Below the pieces are notes generated by a model that was not told where the DNA came from, made no database searches, and saw only the letters and a program-made list of their open reading frames with translations. From assembly GCA_963845755.1 (NCBI GenBank), contig CAWJTV010000020.1, positions 416,001-480,000 of the forward strand: a DNA stretch of 64,000 nucleotides. Direction: 5' to 3'. Position 1 is the stretch's first letter; every line of letters starts with the position of its first letter. Both the position numbers and the translations under genes were made by a program. Positions 30,319 through 40,560 of the stretch are shown here, one piece after another. The stretch comes from an uncultured Planctomycetota bacterium. Lineage in GTDB: Bacteria; Planctomycetota; Planctomycetia; Isosphaerales; Isosphaeraceae.

Positions 30319-30630
30319 GACGACTCCCTCTTCAATGGGTTGTCTTGAACGGGTGTTTTCCGCAAGAGCGCCGGATCAGAATCCGGTAGGCGACGTGCGG
30401 AAGCCCGGGAACGATTGGGCTTCCGGCAACGGCACCGAAGCGGCCTCACCGCCCCGGACACCGCTCGGGCCATCCAGGTTCGAAGAGCGCCAGGCGGATT
30501 GATCGAGACGGCGGCAACCTCCCATGGCGACCGCACTCGGTACGGTTCCCGGATCGCACTCCTTCTCCAGCCGAGTCCTGGCCGCAGTGCGTCGGAGTTG
30601 GCGCCGCTTCGCACCGTTCATTTTACGTGG

Positions 30631-31440
30631 TCAGTCGGCCGTCCGGCGTGCCAACGTTTTCAACGCCTCCTTCGCCACCTTGGTCGGCTGGGCGTCGGGA
30701 TGGCCTTTAGCCATGTCCTTGAGGATCTCTTCGGCGTCGGGAGTACCGAGATACTCCAGCAGAACGATGGCCCGGACAGCCCGCGTCCATTTCTTCTTGT
30801 CGGTGCGGTGAACGTGGGAGTTGATGCGTTCGATCTTGTGCTCGGCCCACCAGGAGCCGAAGTTGGGCTGGGCGAAGAAGTTGAAGCCGTCCTGGCCGAC
30901 GGGCCTCAAGCTGACCTCCTTGCCCGCCAGTTGACCGGCCTCGCGTCCGCTCAAGACCTCAACCATGCGCTGCCGGCCCGGGGCCTCCTTGTAGCGGTCC
31001 ATCAAGATCTGTAGATCGATCGCCAGCCGGGGGTCGAAGTATTCCAGCTCCTCGAAAGCGGGCTTCCAGACGGATTCTTCGCCATTTCCCAACTTGAGCA
31101 GGAGCGCCTTCGCCTGCCCGGACGAGAGTTTGAGCGGCTTCAACTTTCTCTTCAAGAAGTCCACGGCGTCTCTCGGCCGAGCCGATAGGTTGAGCAACGC
31201 TCGCGAGGCTTCGAGGTCGCCCTTTTCGAGGTCGGCCCATAAGGATTCGATTCGTTTATCGTCGGGCGATAAAGCGAGAATGGCTGGTATCGGTCCCAGA
31301 ATCAGTAGGCAGGCGATCTGGAAGCGGCGAGAGGATCGGGTCTGGGCCACGGGAAGAGCTCCGGTAGCGGCCTCGGGTATCGGCCAAACATATGACAATC
31401 GTACCAGCCAGGACGGCTTATCGTCATCCGGGCAAAGCAC
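30631..31440 (-). CDS. hypothetical helical protein; start uncertain
   Basis: LWADLEKGD...RAVRAIVLLEYLGTPDAEEILKDMAKG HEAT-like segments. Confidence 0.6.
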   Translation of the reverse strand: MLCPDDDKPSWLVRLSYVWPIPEAATGALPVAQTRSSRRFQIACLLILGPIPAILALSPDDKRIESLWADLEKGDLEASRALLNLSARPRDAVDFLKRKLKPLKLSSGQAKALLLKLGNGEESVWKPAFEELEYFDPRLAIDLQILMDRYKEAPGRQRMVEVLSGREAGQLAGKEVSLRPVGQDGFNFFAQPNFGSWWAEHKIERINSHVHRTDKKKWTRAVRAIVLLEYLGTPDAEEILKDMAKGHPDAQPTKVAKEALKTLARRTAD

Positions 31441-31469
31441 CGTCGGTTCCCGCTACGGGATCCTCGCGA

Positions 31470-32282
31470 TCAAACCTTCAGGGTCTTGAGATAGGCCACA
31501 CTCCGCTGAGTCAGTTCCCAGTCTTGCTCGACGAAGTAATTCTTAACTCCGCCTGCCCGCGCGGCGGTGAAGGTTTCCACCCAGTCGATGGTGCCCTGGC
31601 CCATCGCAACCTGAGGGCGTTTCCCCGTCTCCGTTGGAGCGTCCATGTCCACGTCCTGAAGATGCATCGAGTTGAATCGGCCGGGATGCTTCCGGAAATA
31701 CTCGGCGGCGACGAGGCCGACCTTGATGGCCGACATCTGGAACTGAAACTTGACCAGCTCCGGATCGAGCAGGTCGAACAACAGGTCGTAGGCTCGTTTG
31801 CCGTTGACCATCGCGTGTTCGAAATCCTCATTGTGCAGGCCCTGCTGGAGGCCGGCCTTCGCCGACACGGCCGCGATCCTGTTGTATTCGTCCGCGGCCC
31901 CTTTCACCTGGTCCAGCGTTGGGCTCTCACCCTGTCGGCCCAGGGTCGCGGTGATCATCTGCGTGATACCGACGTCTTTCGCCCACTCGATGCTCTTCTC
32001 ATGGCTGTTCCGCAGCTCACCCATGCTGAAGTGCGAGCTTTCGGCTCGCATGCCATGATCGGCCAGGATCTTCCGGACGGCTTTCCCTTCAGAGAGCGAT
32101 GAAAACTCGGGACCGAAACCGATTGGCGAGCACAACTCGAGCCTTGTCACGCCGATCGCGGCCACCTTCGCGACGAGAGCTGGAAGGTCCCCGAGCATCG
32201 AACGCAGTGGCCAGACCTGGCAGCCAATCGGCATCGGACTCGATTCGCCGGCGCTCTCGGACGCTGAAGCTTCGGTTGTCAT
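31470..32282 (-). CDS. sugar phosphate isomerase/epimerase (TIM barrel)
   Basis: IGCQVWPLR, GLHNEDFE, HLQD, MGQGTIDW, YFVEQD. Confidence 0.85.
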   Translation of the reverse strand: MTTEASASESAGESSPMPIGCQVWPLRSMLGDLPALVAKVAAIGVTRLELCSPIGFGPEFSSLSEGKAVRKILADHGMRAESSHFSMGELRNSHEKSIEWAKDVGITQMITATLGRQGESPTLDQVKGAADEYNRIAAVSAKAGLQQGLHNEDFEHAMVNGKRAYDLLFDLLDPELVKFQFQMSAIKVGLVAAEYFRKHPGRFNSMHLQDVDMDAPTETGKRPQVAMGQGTIDWVETFTAARAGGVKNYFVEQDWELTQRSVAYLKTLKV

Positions 32283-32486
32283 ATAGAAACCCTGGGATTT
32301 CGGTTGCGCGTGATCGAGGAAAAAGCGGTTTCGTAATTGACCTCATTCTCGCCGATCCGATGGGGGCGTGCAATCCGGGCGATCTCAACGGGTCCGAGCG
32401 CCGGTGAGCCGAGCCACGAACTCTGGTGTCGTCGGCACAGGGTGCGCGCTGATAAAATCCATCCGAGTCTTCCCGGGAGGCAGGAC

Positions 32487-33593
32487 ATGAAAATCACCCG
32501 TAGTACCTTCGAGAGCCAGCGGCAGCGACGGTTCGGCGCCAAGAATCCAGAGCGGATGCCACTCGCATTCTGGGAGTGGATGGTCCGGGGTTCCGAAGAT
32601 GCCCGGACCCGCGACGATTCCTCCAAGGAGAACGATCCCGCCGTCCTCGCTCACTCGCCCTACGACGTCCGCAGATATTTCGGCCGGGAGGGCGATTACG
32701 CGGCGGGGCCTATCTGGAACTTCGAGCGTATGGGTTCGACGCGCACGCCGCATCCGGACGGCAGGATGATCTGCATCGGCGGCGAACACGAGGACTACTA
32801 CGACCCCGATTTCTGCATCTACAACGACGACGACGTCCTCGATCTGGACGGCTCCATCGAGATCTATAGATATCCGAAAGACCACTTCCCGCCCACGGAC
32901 TTCCACACCGCGACCCTCCTCGGCGAGCGTGTGATCATCATCGGACGGCTCGGGTATATGGGGGAACGCCATCCGGGGATAACGCCAGTGTTCGCCCTCG
33001 ACCTCGCAAGTTACCACATCGAAGAATTCCCTTCGCATGGGGAACTGCCCGTCTGGGTCTTCGGGCATGAGACCGAACTCGACTCAGATGGGCTCATCAT
33101 CATTCGCGGCGGCGAGATCTTCGACGAGACGTACGGCGATCGAGGGATCAAGCGCAATTTCGACGACTTCGCATATGACAGTGTTACCGGAATCTGGAAG
33201 CGTCTCACGAGTCGAGAATGGCGTCAGTTCTCCATTAGCGACGAAGGTGGAAAGACCTTCATGAAAGGTCCTCCTTTCCGGGGATGCTCGCCGGTCGCGG
33301 ATGTGCCCGTGGAGGAGACCCTCGACGTCGCCGACCCCTTCCTCTATGTCATGCCCAAGGCACTGCTTCCCCGAAGCGTCGCATACGAGACCATCTGGTC
33401 CGATGAGCCATCGCTGGATGAGCGGATCATCGTGGCGGGAATCCCCGTCTCCATCAAAATGGAGGCCTTCTCCATCGAGGTCATCATCGAGGGCGAGATG
33501 GACGAAGACATGGCAAACGCGCGTGCCGAGGACATCAGGGAAGGGGTCGAAGCCGATACGGGGCGGCCTTGCGTCTTGCAGAAATACACATGA
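32487..33593 (+). CDS. hypothetical protein with kelch-like segments
   Basis: RFGAKNPERM, ICIGGEHEDYYDPDFCIYND, FPPTDFHTATL, IIIGRLG, IIRGG. Confidence 0.7.
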   Translation: MKITRSTFESQRQRRFGAKNPERMPLAFWEWMVRGSEDARTRDDSSKENDPAVLAHSPYDVRRYFGREGDYAAGPIWNFERMGSTRTPHPDGRMICIGGEHEDYYDPDFCIYNDDDVLDLDGSIEIYRYPKDHFPPTDFHTATLLGERVIIIGRLGYMGERHPGITPVFALDLASYHIEEFPSHGELPVWVFGHETELDSDGLIIIRGGEIFDETYGDRGIKRNFDDFAYDSVTGIWKRLTSREWRQFSISDEGGKTFMKGPPFRGCSPVADVPVEETLDVADPFLYVMPKALLPRSVAYETIWSDEPSLDERIIVAGIPVSIKMEAFSIEVIIEGEMDEDMANARAEDIREGVEADTGRPCVLQKYT

Positions 33594-33739
33594 GGGCGAT
33601 CCGGCTGCGCGTGCCATACAGGTCTTTCAGTTCCCCGAGTTCCGCGGCCTGCTCCGGGCCGCTCACCATGAGCCCTGAGGATCAGGGCGGCGACTAAAAC
33701 ATCCCGGCTCATGGGCCCAGATTGGTGATGACCTCTGGT

Positions 33740-33798
33740 GTAGGGTGGGTGCAACCCACCATAACCCCAAGTCGGACGGTGGATTGCACCCACCCTAC
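33740..33798. repeat. GTAG-family REP inverted pair
   Basis: gtagggtgggtgcaacccacc ... ggtggattgcacccaccctac. Confidence 0.75.
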
Positions 33799-34085
33799 AA
33801 ATCTCATGGGCACTAGCAATTACCAATTTCTGCCCATGAGCCACCCACGTAAGACCGCCACAGCGACTCGGGAATGTTGAGTTCTTCGAACACGTTGGCA
33901 TTCCGTATCAGCAATGAGGAGGCTCGACCGACTTCCCGGATCTCACAGAGCCGATGATTCCGCGCGAACATCCCAACAGGCTCTTGCGTCTATCAAGCAA
34001 AGGCTGCGAGGAGACGGCAAGAGCGACAGGCCGGCGCGAGCATCAAGCCGTCGTGATCGGTCAGGACTGGTATGCGAGGAAGGCG

Positions 34086-34187
34086 ATGAACGGCGTGTGT
34101 CAACCGCTCGCGAGCTTGTCCAGACGTGCCGTTCGGTTCGACGGGGATCGGTCGAGTTCCCAGCGGTGGTATGCCCATCGCTGTTGA
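34086..34187 (+). CDS. putative 33-aa leader peptide of tRNA cluster 2 (MNGVCQPLASLSRRAVRFDGDRSSSQRWYAHRC)
   Basis: GAGGAAGG RBS; paralogous to 15627..15728. Confidence 0.65.
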   Translation: MNGVCQPLASLSRRAVRFDGDRSSSQRWYAHRC

Positions 34188-34222
34188 CGCCCGGCCTGCC
34201 TCGATCTGCTTGTGGAAATGGA

Positions 34223-34258
34223 AAGGCCCGGTGTCGAAATCCACCGGGCCTTATCTTT
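34223..34258 (+). terminator. terminator-like hairpin of the putative attenuator before tRNA cluster 2
   Basis: aaggcccggtg-tcgaaatc-caccgggcctt then atcttt; its 5' arm can instead pair with 34186..34197. Confidence 0.7.
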
Positions 34259-34432
34259 GGATGGCGCTGGCGGGCGGGGATGGATCCGTCACGGCCCATC
34301 ACCAAATCCGGGAAACTCGGTAACAAACGCGGACAACGCATGGAGAATGTGCGAATCCGTATAATCGCACCAAATACTTTGATAATTCGAGCTTCGGCTG
34401 GATTCTAAATCCACGGCGAGATAATGCATTAG

Positions 34433-34478
34433 CTCCGTAGCAAGGAGGCGGACCGAGTTCGACTCTCGATGCGGTTCT
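34433..34478 (+). pseudogene. 3' half of a degenerate tRNA (loop reads AGC; identity uncertain)
   Basis: ctcc-gtagcaa-ggag arm and cgag-ttcgact-ctcg T arm, with no D arm or 5' acceptor strand upstream. Confidence 0.5.
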
Positions 34479-34491
34479 TTCGATCAACGAT

Positions 34492-34563
34492 GGGCGGCTG
34501 GTCTAACGGGATGACACTTGGTTTGCACCCAGGAGATCGGGGTTCGATTCCCCGGCCGGTCCA
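34492..34563 (+). tRNA. tRNA-Ala (TGC)
   Basis: Anticodon arm cttgg-tttgcac-ccagg, T arm cgggg-ttcgatt-ccccg, G3:U70-type pair; one extra G in the 3' acceptor strand. Confidence 0.8.
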
Positions 34564-34645
34564 CTCCCTCGCGGGTTCGAGTCATGGTCGGGGTATCAGA
34601 ATTCCTTCGGAATCGTGAGTCCTCGACCGGAAAGCGGAAAGCGCG

Positions 34646-34718
34646 GCCTCGGTGGTGAAATGGACGATCATCCCTCGCTTCTAACGAGGTGTTCCAGGTT
34701 CGAGTCCTGGCCGAGGTA
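34646..34718 (+). tRNA. tRNA-Arg (TCT)
   Basis: Acceptor gcctcgg/ccgaggt, anticodon arm cctcg-cttctaa-cgagg, T arm ccagg-ttcgagt-cctgg. Confidence 0.9.
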
Positions 34719-34742
34719 TGACTGTTGAACGAAGTGGAATGA

Positions 34743-34815
34743 GGACCCGTCGTCTAGCGGCGAAGACGTCCCTTTGACGTGGGGAAGACCGGTGGTTCGA
34801 GTCCACCCGGGACCA
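34743..34815 (+). tRNA. tRNA-Val (GAC)
   Basis: Anticodon arm tccct-ttgacgt-gggga, T arm ggtgg-ttcgagt-ccacc; A.A mismatch at acceptor pair 3. Confidence 0.82.
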
Positions 34816-34944
34816 CTGGTTGGCGAGACCCACTTGATATGGAAGCGCTACACGACTCGGGCGCGAGCGAGCGATGAGCCTTGCAGCTTCGACTTCCGCC
34901 CCTCGCGCTTCGACCCGGGCGAGTCCCGGGCAGGCCTTGATGAT

Positions 34945-35017
34945 GGTGATCGTGGTGTATCGGTCGCATCCGAGACTGTGAATCTCGACGTGCCGGGTTC
35001 AACTCCGGCCGAATACC
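34945..35017 (+). tRNA. tRNA-His (GTG), slightly degenerate
   Basis: G-1 present; anticodon arm cgaga-ctgtgaa-tctcg; acceptor mismatch and irregular T stem. Confidence 0.72.
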
Positions 35018-35035
35018 CTCGCTCAATCGAAAGAC

Positions 35036-35105
35036 AGGGGTGTGCTCCTGGGAGAGCAGCGAGCCTCCAAAACTCGTGCACAAGGTTCGAATCCTTGCAC
35101 TCCTG
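35036..35105 (+). tRNA. tRNA-Trp (CCA)
   Basis: Acceptor aggggtg/cactcct, loop ctccaaa, T arm caagg-ttcgaat-ccttg; compact D arm. Confidence 0.85.
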
Positions 35106-35129
35106 CTGGATGAATCTCCAGGCTCTCGT

Positions 35130-36387
35130 CTAAACTCGGCGCAAGAGCGGCAGTGGAGCGAACCCAGCCCCGAGGACGGATTCCGGAGGACATCCGAGCC
35201 AGTCGGCCAGGAGGCTCGCATAGACCTGGCGGAAGTCGGTGTGAAACTTCAAGTCGCCGTCGTCGAGGTCGTCCAGGCTCGGATGCTTGCCCACCAGGCC
35301 CGGCTTGGCGACCGGGCCGACGAGGAAGACCGGCGCCGCGGCGCCGTGGTCCGTCCCTTGCGAGGCGTTCTCTTGCACCCGGCGCCCGAATTCGCTGAAC
35401 GTCAGGACAACGACGCGGTCGGCCTGGCCGGCCGCGGTCAGGTCGTCATGGAACGCGGCGATCGAATCCGACAGCTCATTGAGCAGCGCCTGGTGGCTGC
35501 CGAGCTGGTTCGCGTGGGTGTCGAACCCGTCGAGCGATGTATAGAAGATCTGAGTACCGAAGTCCGCCTTGATCATCTGAGCGACCAGCTCCAGGCGACG
35601 CGCTAGCCCGAAATTGGGGTACTTGGGACCCGTTCCCGGCTTCGGCGCGAGCTGTTCGAGCCGGCTGCTGGATTCATACGCCGACAACGTCGTGCGGCTG
35701 ATGAAGCCGAGCAACGGGTCGTCCTCGCGACGCTCGACCCGCGCCATCTCCGATCAGCGCGGAGCGCGTCGCTTTCCGGTCAGGCTCGGCGCCGGCAACC
35801 CGGAGCTTGTAGGTCTCGAGGCTCTCCAGCGCCGGGACTTCAGTCTTGCGGCTGCGCAACGCCTGGGGCAAGCTGCGGCCGCCGACGTGCAATGCCGACG
35901 GATCGTCGCCCGGCTTGCGGCCCTTCGCATCGAGGGCCCGTCCCAGCCAGCCGGTCTCCACAGATGCAGGAGCATTGTCCAGCCGGGCGGTCTCCCAGAT
36001 CTCCATCGATCGGAAGTGAGAACGGTCGGGATTGGGGTAACCCACTCCCTGCACGATTCCCAGTCGTCCCTTTTCCAGCAGCTTTGCCATCCCTCCCATC
36101 GCGGGATGCAATCCGATCTCCGGGGTGACCTTATGGACCTGGCCCGGGGACGAGCGCAATGCCCTCCGCCCGCGGTTATAGCCATCGATCCCATGAGGGA
36201 CCACGGTATTCAATCCGTCATTTCCGCCCAGGAGTTGGACGACAACGAGAATTCGGTCTTTGGCTTTTCCGCCCATGGCCGCCTGGGCCGTACGGCCGAG
36301 GAAGCCGGGGATCGTCGTCGCGCCCATCGCGACCAGCGTACTGGTCCCGATCGACTGTTGAAGAAACTGGCGGCGGCTCGAAGGCAT
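35130..36387 (-). CDS. DUF1501 domain protein (frameshift ~35750)
   Basis: SRRQFL Tat motif, GGNDGLNTVVP, RSHFRS; GFDTH, FSEFGRR, GTDHG in ORF 35130..35747. Confidence 0.9.
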
Positions 36388-36411
36388 GGATTCGTCCTCC
36401 CGGTCGGCGGG

Positions 36412-37822
36412 TCAGGTCAGTTGATATTCCGGTAGGGTCAGGATCCGTCGGGCGGCATCGCGGACGGCCGCATCGGCGCCGGCGTCTTTCGACGTCGCGG
36501 CCTTGACGATCGGCTCGCGTACTTTCGGGTCGAGCGGATCGGGGACGAGCAGGTCGAGCAAGAACCGAGCGGCCGCGTCGGGTCAACTCGCACCGTGGCG
36601 AGCGGCCAGCGCCCGCGGGTTGCAACGCCGGCCGACAGCCTGGTCGTCTTCGGAGATGAGTCGCAGGGCCAGGTTGGCGCGGGCGAGCATCGCGGTGGAG
36701 CTGACCCAGGCCGGTCCACCATCCCAGCCGGCGACGCTCGGAGGGGAATAGAGACTCTCACCCATGGCGACGCAGGTCTCGGCAAGGGCCTGCGCCTCGA
36801 CCGTCGGGTTGAGGATCTCCAGGGAGCGGATCGTCCCCACGGCAAATTCGACCGGACTCTTCACCCGCCGACGTCGCACGGCGGCATCGAAGAACAGGCG
36901 CGAGCGCAAGATCCGCGCCACGGGAACCTTGATCTGATAGTTCGACTCGCGAAACGCCTGGGCCAGCGGCGCGAGGAGCCGCTCCGATGGCGACTGGGAG
37001 TCGCTCACAAACTGCCGGAATAGCTTGCGGCAGATCCACTCGGCACACGCGGGTTGTTCCAGCAGGATCCCCGGAATGTCGTCGCCCGTCCATTTCCCGG
37101 TACGGCCCAGGACCTGCTTGACGCCATCGTCATGCTGGCGCGACGACCACCTGGAACTCGTCGCGGATCACGAACCAACCCGTGAACGCCCGGGCGGCTT
37201 CCCGGATGTCCTTCTCCGAATAGTGGCCCCGGCCGAGGCTGAAGAGCTCCATCACTTCCCGGGCGTAGTTCTCGTTGGGCTTGGCCTTGCGGTTGATGGT
37301 CGAATCCAGCCAGATCAGCATGGCCGGATCCTTTCCGATGGCCTGGAGCAAGGCGCGGAAGTCGCCCAGGGCCTGAGCTCGGAACAGGTTGTTCTGCCGC
37401 TGCATCAACGCAGTGCTCGTGACTTTGGCGATCGACGTCGCGAAATGGTTGTGCCAGAACAGGGTCATCCGTTCGCGGAGCGCGTGGGGTGTGAAGATCA
37501 ACCGGTACAGCCAGATGGCCTGGATGCCGGTCAAGTCGGCGGAGGGTCCCAGCTTGGCGGCCATCGCGTCGAGGAAGGATTCGAACTCGGCGGCCGTCGT
37601 GCCATCGCCGGCCTTCGGTTCCCCGACGAGCAGCCGATCGATACTGGCGGAGGGCCCGTCATGCAGGTCTCGCTGAAGGATCGCCCAGGGAGCGGCGAAA
37701 CCGGCCGCACGGTGCAGATGCGAGACGCTCGCCAGGTCCCACGGGTGCGATCGGTCCGGCTCGAACGGCGCCCAGGCACGATCCGGATCGTCCAGCAAAC
37801 TCTTCGGCGATGCGAACCTCAT
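36412..37822 (-). CDS. DUF1800 domain protein (several frameshifts)
   Basis: LRERMTLFWHNHFATS, PNENYAREVMELFSLG, RVKSPVEF, PPSVAGWDGG, terminal PEYQL. Confidence 0.88.
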
Positions 37823-37834
37823 CCCGATGCCCTC

Positions 37835-39668
37835 TTACTTGGATAGATCGAGCTTCACCTGGAATCGAGTGGCATCCGGATCATCCCGAACCACCAGCCG
37901 GCCGTGACCCAGGTAGCGCAAGAAATCGAGGTTGAGTCCCACCCGCTGCTCCGCTTTCTCCTTCGTCGCGCCTTGCTTCAGCATGGCCTGCATGACCATA
38001 CGGCTTCGGTTCCGCTCCAGATAGTGGGCGATCGCCGTTCCGTCTGCTTCCACGCGGAACGTGGCCTTTTCCTCGGCCCGCAAGACGCCGGGCCCGCTCA
38101 TCGCCTTCAATTCCTTCACCAGCGCGCGGGCCAGGCCCGTGCTCGAGCTCAGGATGAAATACTTGCCGACCTGGCCCGCGGCCGGCGTGTAGTTGTACCG
38201 CTGGAGCGCTTGTTCGCTGGCGGGTGCCGACGTACGCGGGACCAGGAAACGCGTCGTCGCGATCGTGATCCCTTCGACCTCTTCGGATCCGAGCTCCATG
38301 ACGGCCGCCTTCTTCTGCGCCGCATCGACGTTGGCGATGGCGACGATCGACTGGAAGGCGATCTTGAGGCGAGACGCGAAATCATCGTCGGGCGCATTCA
38401 ATTCGGCCACCAGGGCAAACGCGGGAATCTTCGGATCGGGCTCGGGTTTTAGTGCGCGTGTAATCCTGATCGGCGATGACCAATCGCCAGTGGGGATCGA
38501 ACGCTCCCAGCACATCGGGGCCGAACTCACGACCGCCGAAGAACTGCCCCGCAAGCGTGTCGAGCTGGGCGAAGCCCTGGACCGTTTCCGGGGCGAACAG
38601 GTCGGCCCTCGATTCCCAGATCGTGGCCCAGTCGCGCCAGAGACTCAGCGAGGCGATGGTCCCCGGTGGATGAAGCAACGGCGAAGTTCCATGCCCTCCG
38701 TCGGGCACATAACCCTTGATTGTCGCCGGACGCCCCTCCTTCGAAAGGGGCACTTCGAGCGCCGCGGTCAACTCAGTGGCCGACCAGCGGATACTACCTT
38801 GAATCGAGTGGGCCTGACGCAGAACCTCGTACCAGGACCCGAAGAAGAGAACGATCCCGGTATCCCCTTTCTCCGGCAGCGTAAACTTCTTGGGATCGAG
38901 CGTTTTCAGCCTGTCCAGGTCGGCGTATCCCCATACGTCGGCGTCAGCCCCCTGGCGCTCTCGGATCGCTTTCCACTCAGGCTGATCAGTGAACCGGAGG
39001 AGGGCCGGCTTGATCTTCTTGGCATCGCCGAGATCGCCCGCGGACTTCGTCTCAATGCGCTCATCGATCAAACGAACGAGGTTCTTCGGCGAATTCGAGA
39101 TCGCCAGCGTCCCGGCGATGATGGTATAAGCCGCCCCCTTCTCGCCGCCGACCGCGTACACGACCACACCCTTGTGGTCGGATGTCTGCACCGGGTCGGG
39201 CTTGGCCTTGTTCTTCGCGTCCTCGCGCGCCAGTTTCAGGAGCACCTGGTGCGTTCGTTCTAGCAGAGACAGGTCTTTCGGCGTGATCAACAAGTAAACT
39301 CGGGGCTCCTGACCCGCCTCGGCCTCGACCGCCGCCACGATCCCACCGCCGGTCAGATCGCGAAGCCCTCGGTCCCAGGTGGTCCCGACCTGCGACGCGA
39401 CCAGATTGACCACCGCCTTGAGTTGTTGGAACTGGTTGCCTTCCAGGAATTCGCGGTATTGCGGCAAGACGCCGAGATATTGCTGGATTCGCGGGTCGGT
39501 CAGTCGGTCGAGCAGGATCTCCGGATGCGGAATCTCCAGACAGACCACGGGACGGGGGTCGATGACCGTCGCGGCCGGGCGTTGTCCCTTGGCCGTCTGC
39601 GCCGCCGCCGCGGGAATGAGCCATCCAACCATTGCCAGGAGGATCAGCCAGAGCCTCGGTGTTTCCAT
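37835..39668 (-). CDS. exported hypothetical protein of the DUF1800 operon (frameshift ~38460)
   Basis: Signal peptide WLILLAMVGWLIPAAAAQ; ORFs 38382..39785 and 37835..38554 join. Confidence 0.7.
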
Positions 39669-40242
39669 TCTGGACCGACTCGTTGGCAGGAACCTGTTGC
39701 TCGGGAGCGGGGATCGATAAGGACCATGATCGCTTTGATGTTTGCGCGGATTGATCTCTGTCCGCGAAGTTCTCGGCGCTATCATCGGTGGTGCCCCTCA
39801 GGTCGCCTCATACGGATCGCGGCACGGGGTCCAAGTGGGCTCCGGCGCCCGGATCGTCTGACCCCATTTCCGCAACCAATACCCCGGTCAGCCGCAAATC
39901 GGTTTCAACAATTCGCATCGGACACGCCAAATCACCGAGGACGAGGATGGCGCGGGGAAAGCGTAGGCTGGAATCCAATTGTAGCAATGGAATGGAACAC
40001 TGCTCGAGTCATAGGGGAGTCTTCTGACGCCGATTCTCCGGAACGAGTTGACCCGGCGAGACGGTCGTCCCGACCCGACTCAACTCGATCCCCATTACCG
40101 TCGGCGGATGGGCTTCCCTTCGGTTTCCTGCGAATTCATCGAATCTCGGACCTGATCCGCCGAATCCCCTGAAACAAGCAGCCCCTCGCCGGACAATTCG
40201 TGCCGCAGGGGCGCTTCCTCTGTCGCGATACAGACATCTTCG

Positions 40243-40485
40243 ATGAACAAATCCACAACTGCGATTTCGCTGGTTCTCATGGGTTCGGCCCTGGCTCTGG
40301 CCGGCTGTTCGTCCGGGACGGATGAGGAGGACGATGCCCGCGCCGGAAACGGCGGTGGCCACGGGATTTACACGAGTGGTCGCCCCATCGGCTCGGGGTT
40401 GCGGGGCAACGTCGGATCCGTCGGATCGGGAGCGTCGGCTCGCGGCGGATTCGGGGGGATCGGAGGCGTCGGCGGGGGTTCATGA
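40243..40485 (+). CDS. small Gly-rich lipoprotein (YgiB/DUF1190-like)
   Basis: Lipobox LAGC, C-terminal RGGFG motif, upstream of a Gsp-synthetase-like gene. Confidence 0.7.
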   Translation: MNKSTTAISLVLMGSALALAGCSSGTDEEDDARAGNGGGHGIYTSGRPIGSGLRGNVGSVGSGASARGGFGGIGGVGGGS

Positions 40486-40560
40486 GGCCACGGACCACCT
40501 GCAGCCGGTCCCTCGATCCGGTTGATGCACGTTCCTTCACGCCTCTCTGGACAAATGACG

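Noticed and set aside
16310..34080. Prophage, ICE or transposon call for the accessory block
   Set aside because: No integrase, transposase, phage or conjugation genes, and no flanking direct repeats were found.
16274..34478. The two half-tRNAs as one split or trans-spliced tRNA
   Set aside because: Their anticodon stems (cccgg vs ggagg) and acceptor strands do not complement each other, so they derive from different tRNAs.
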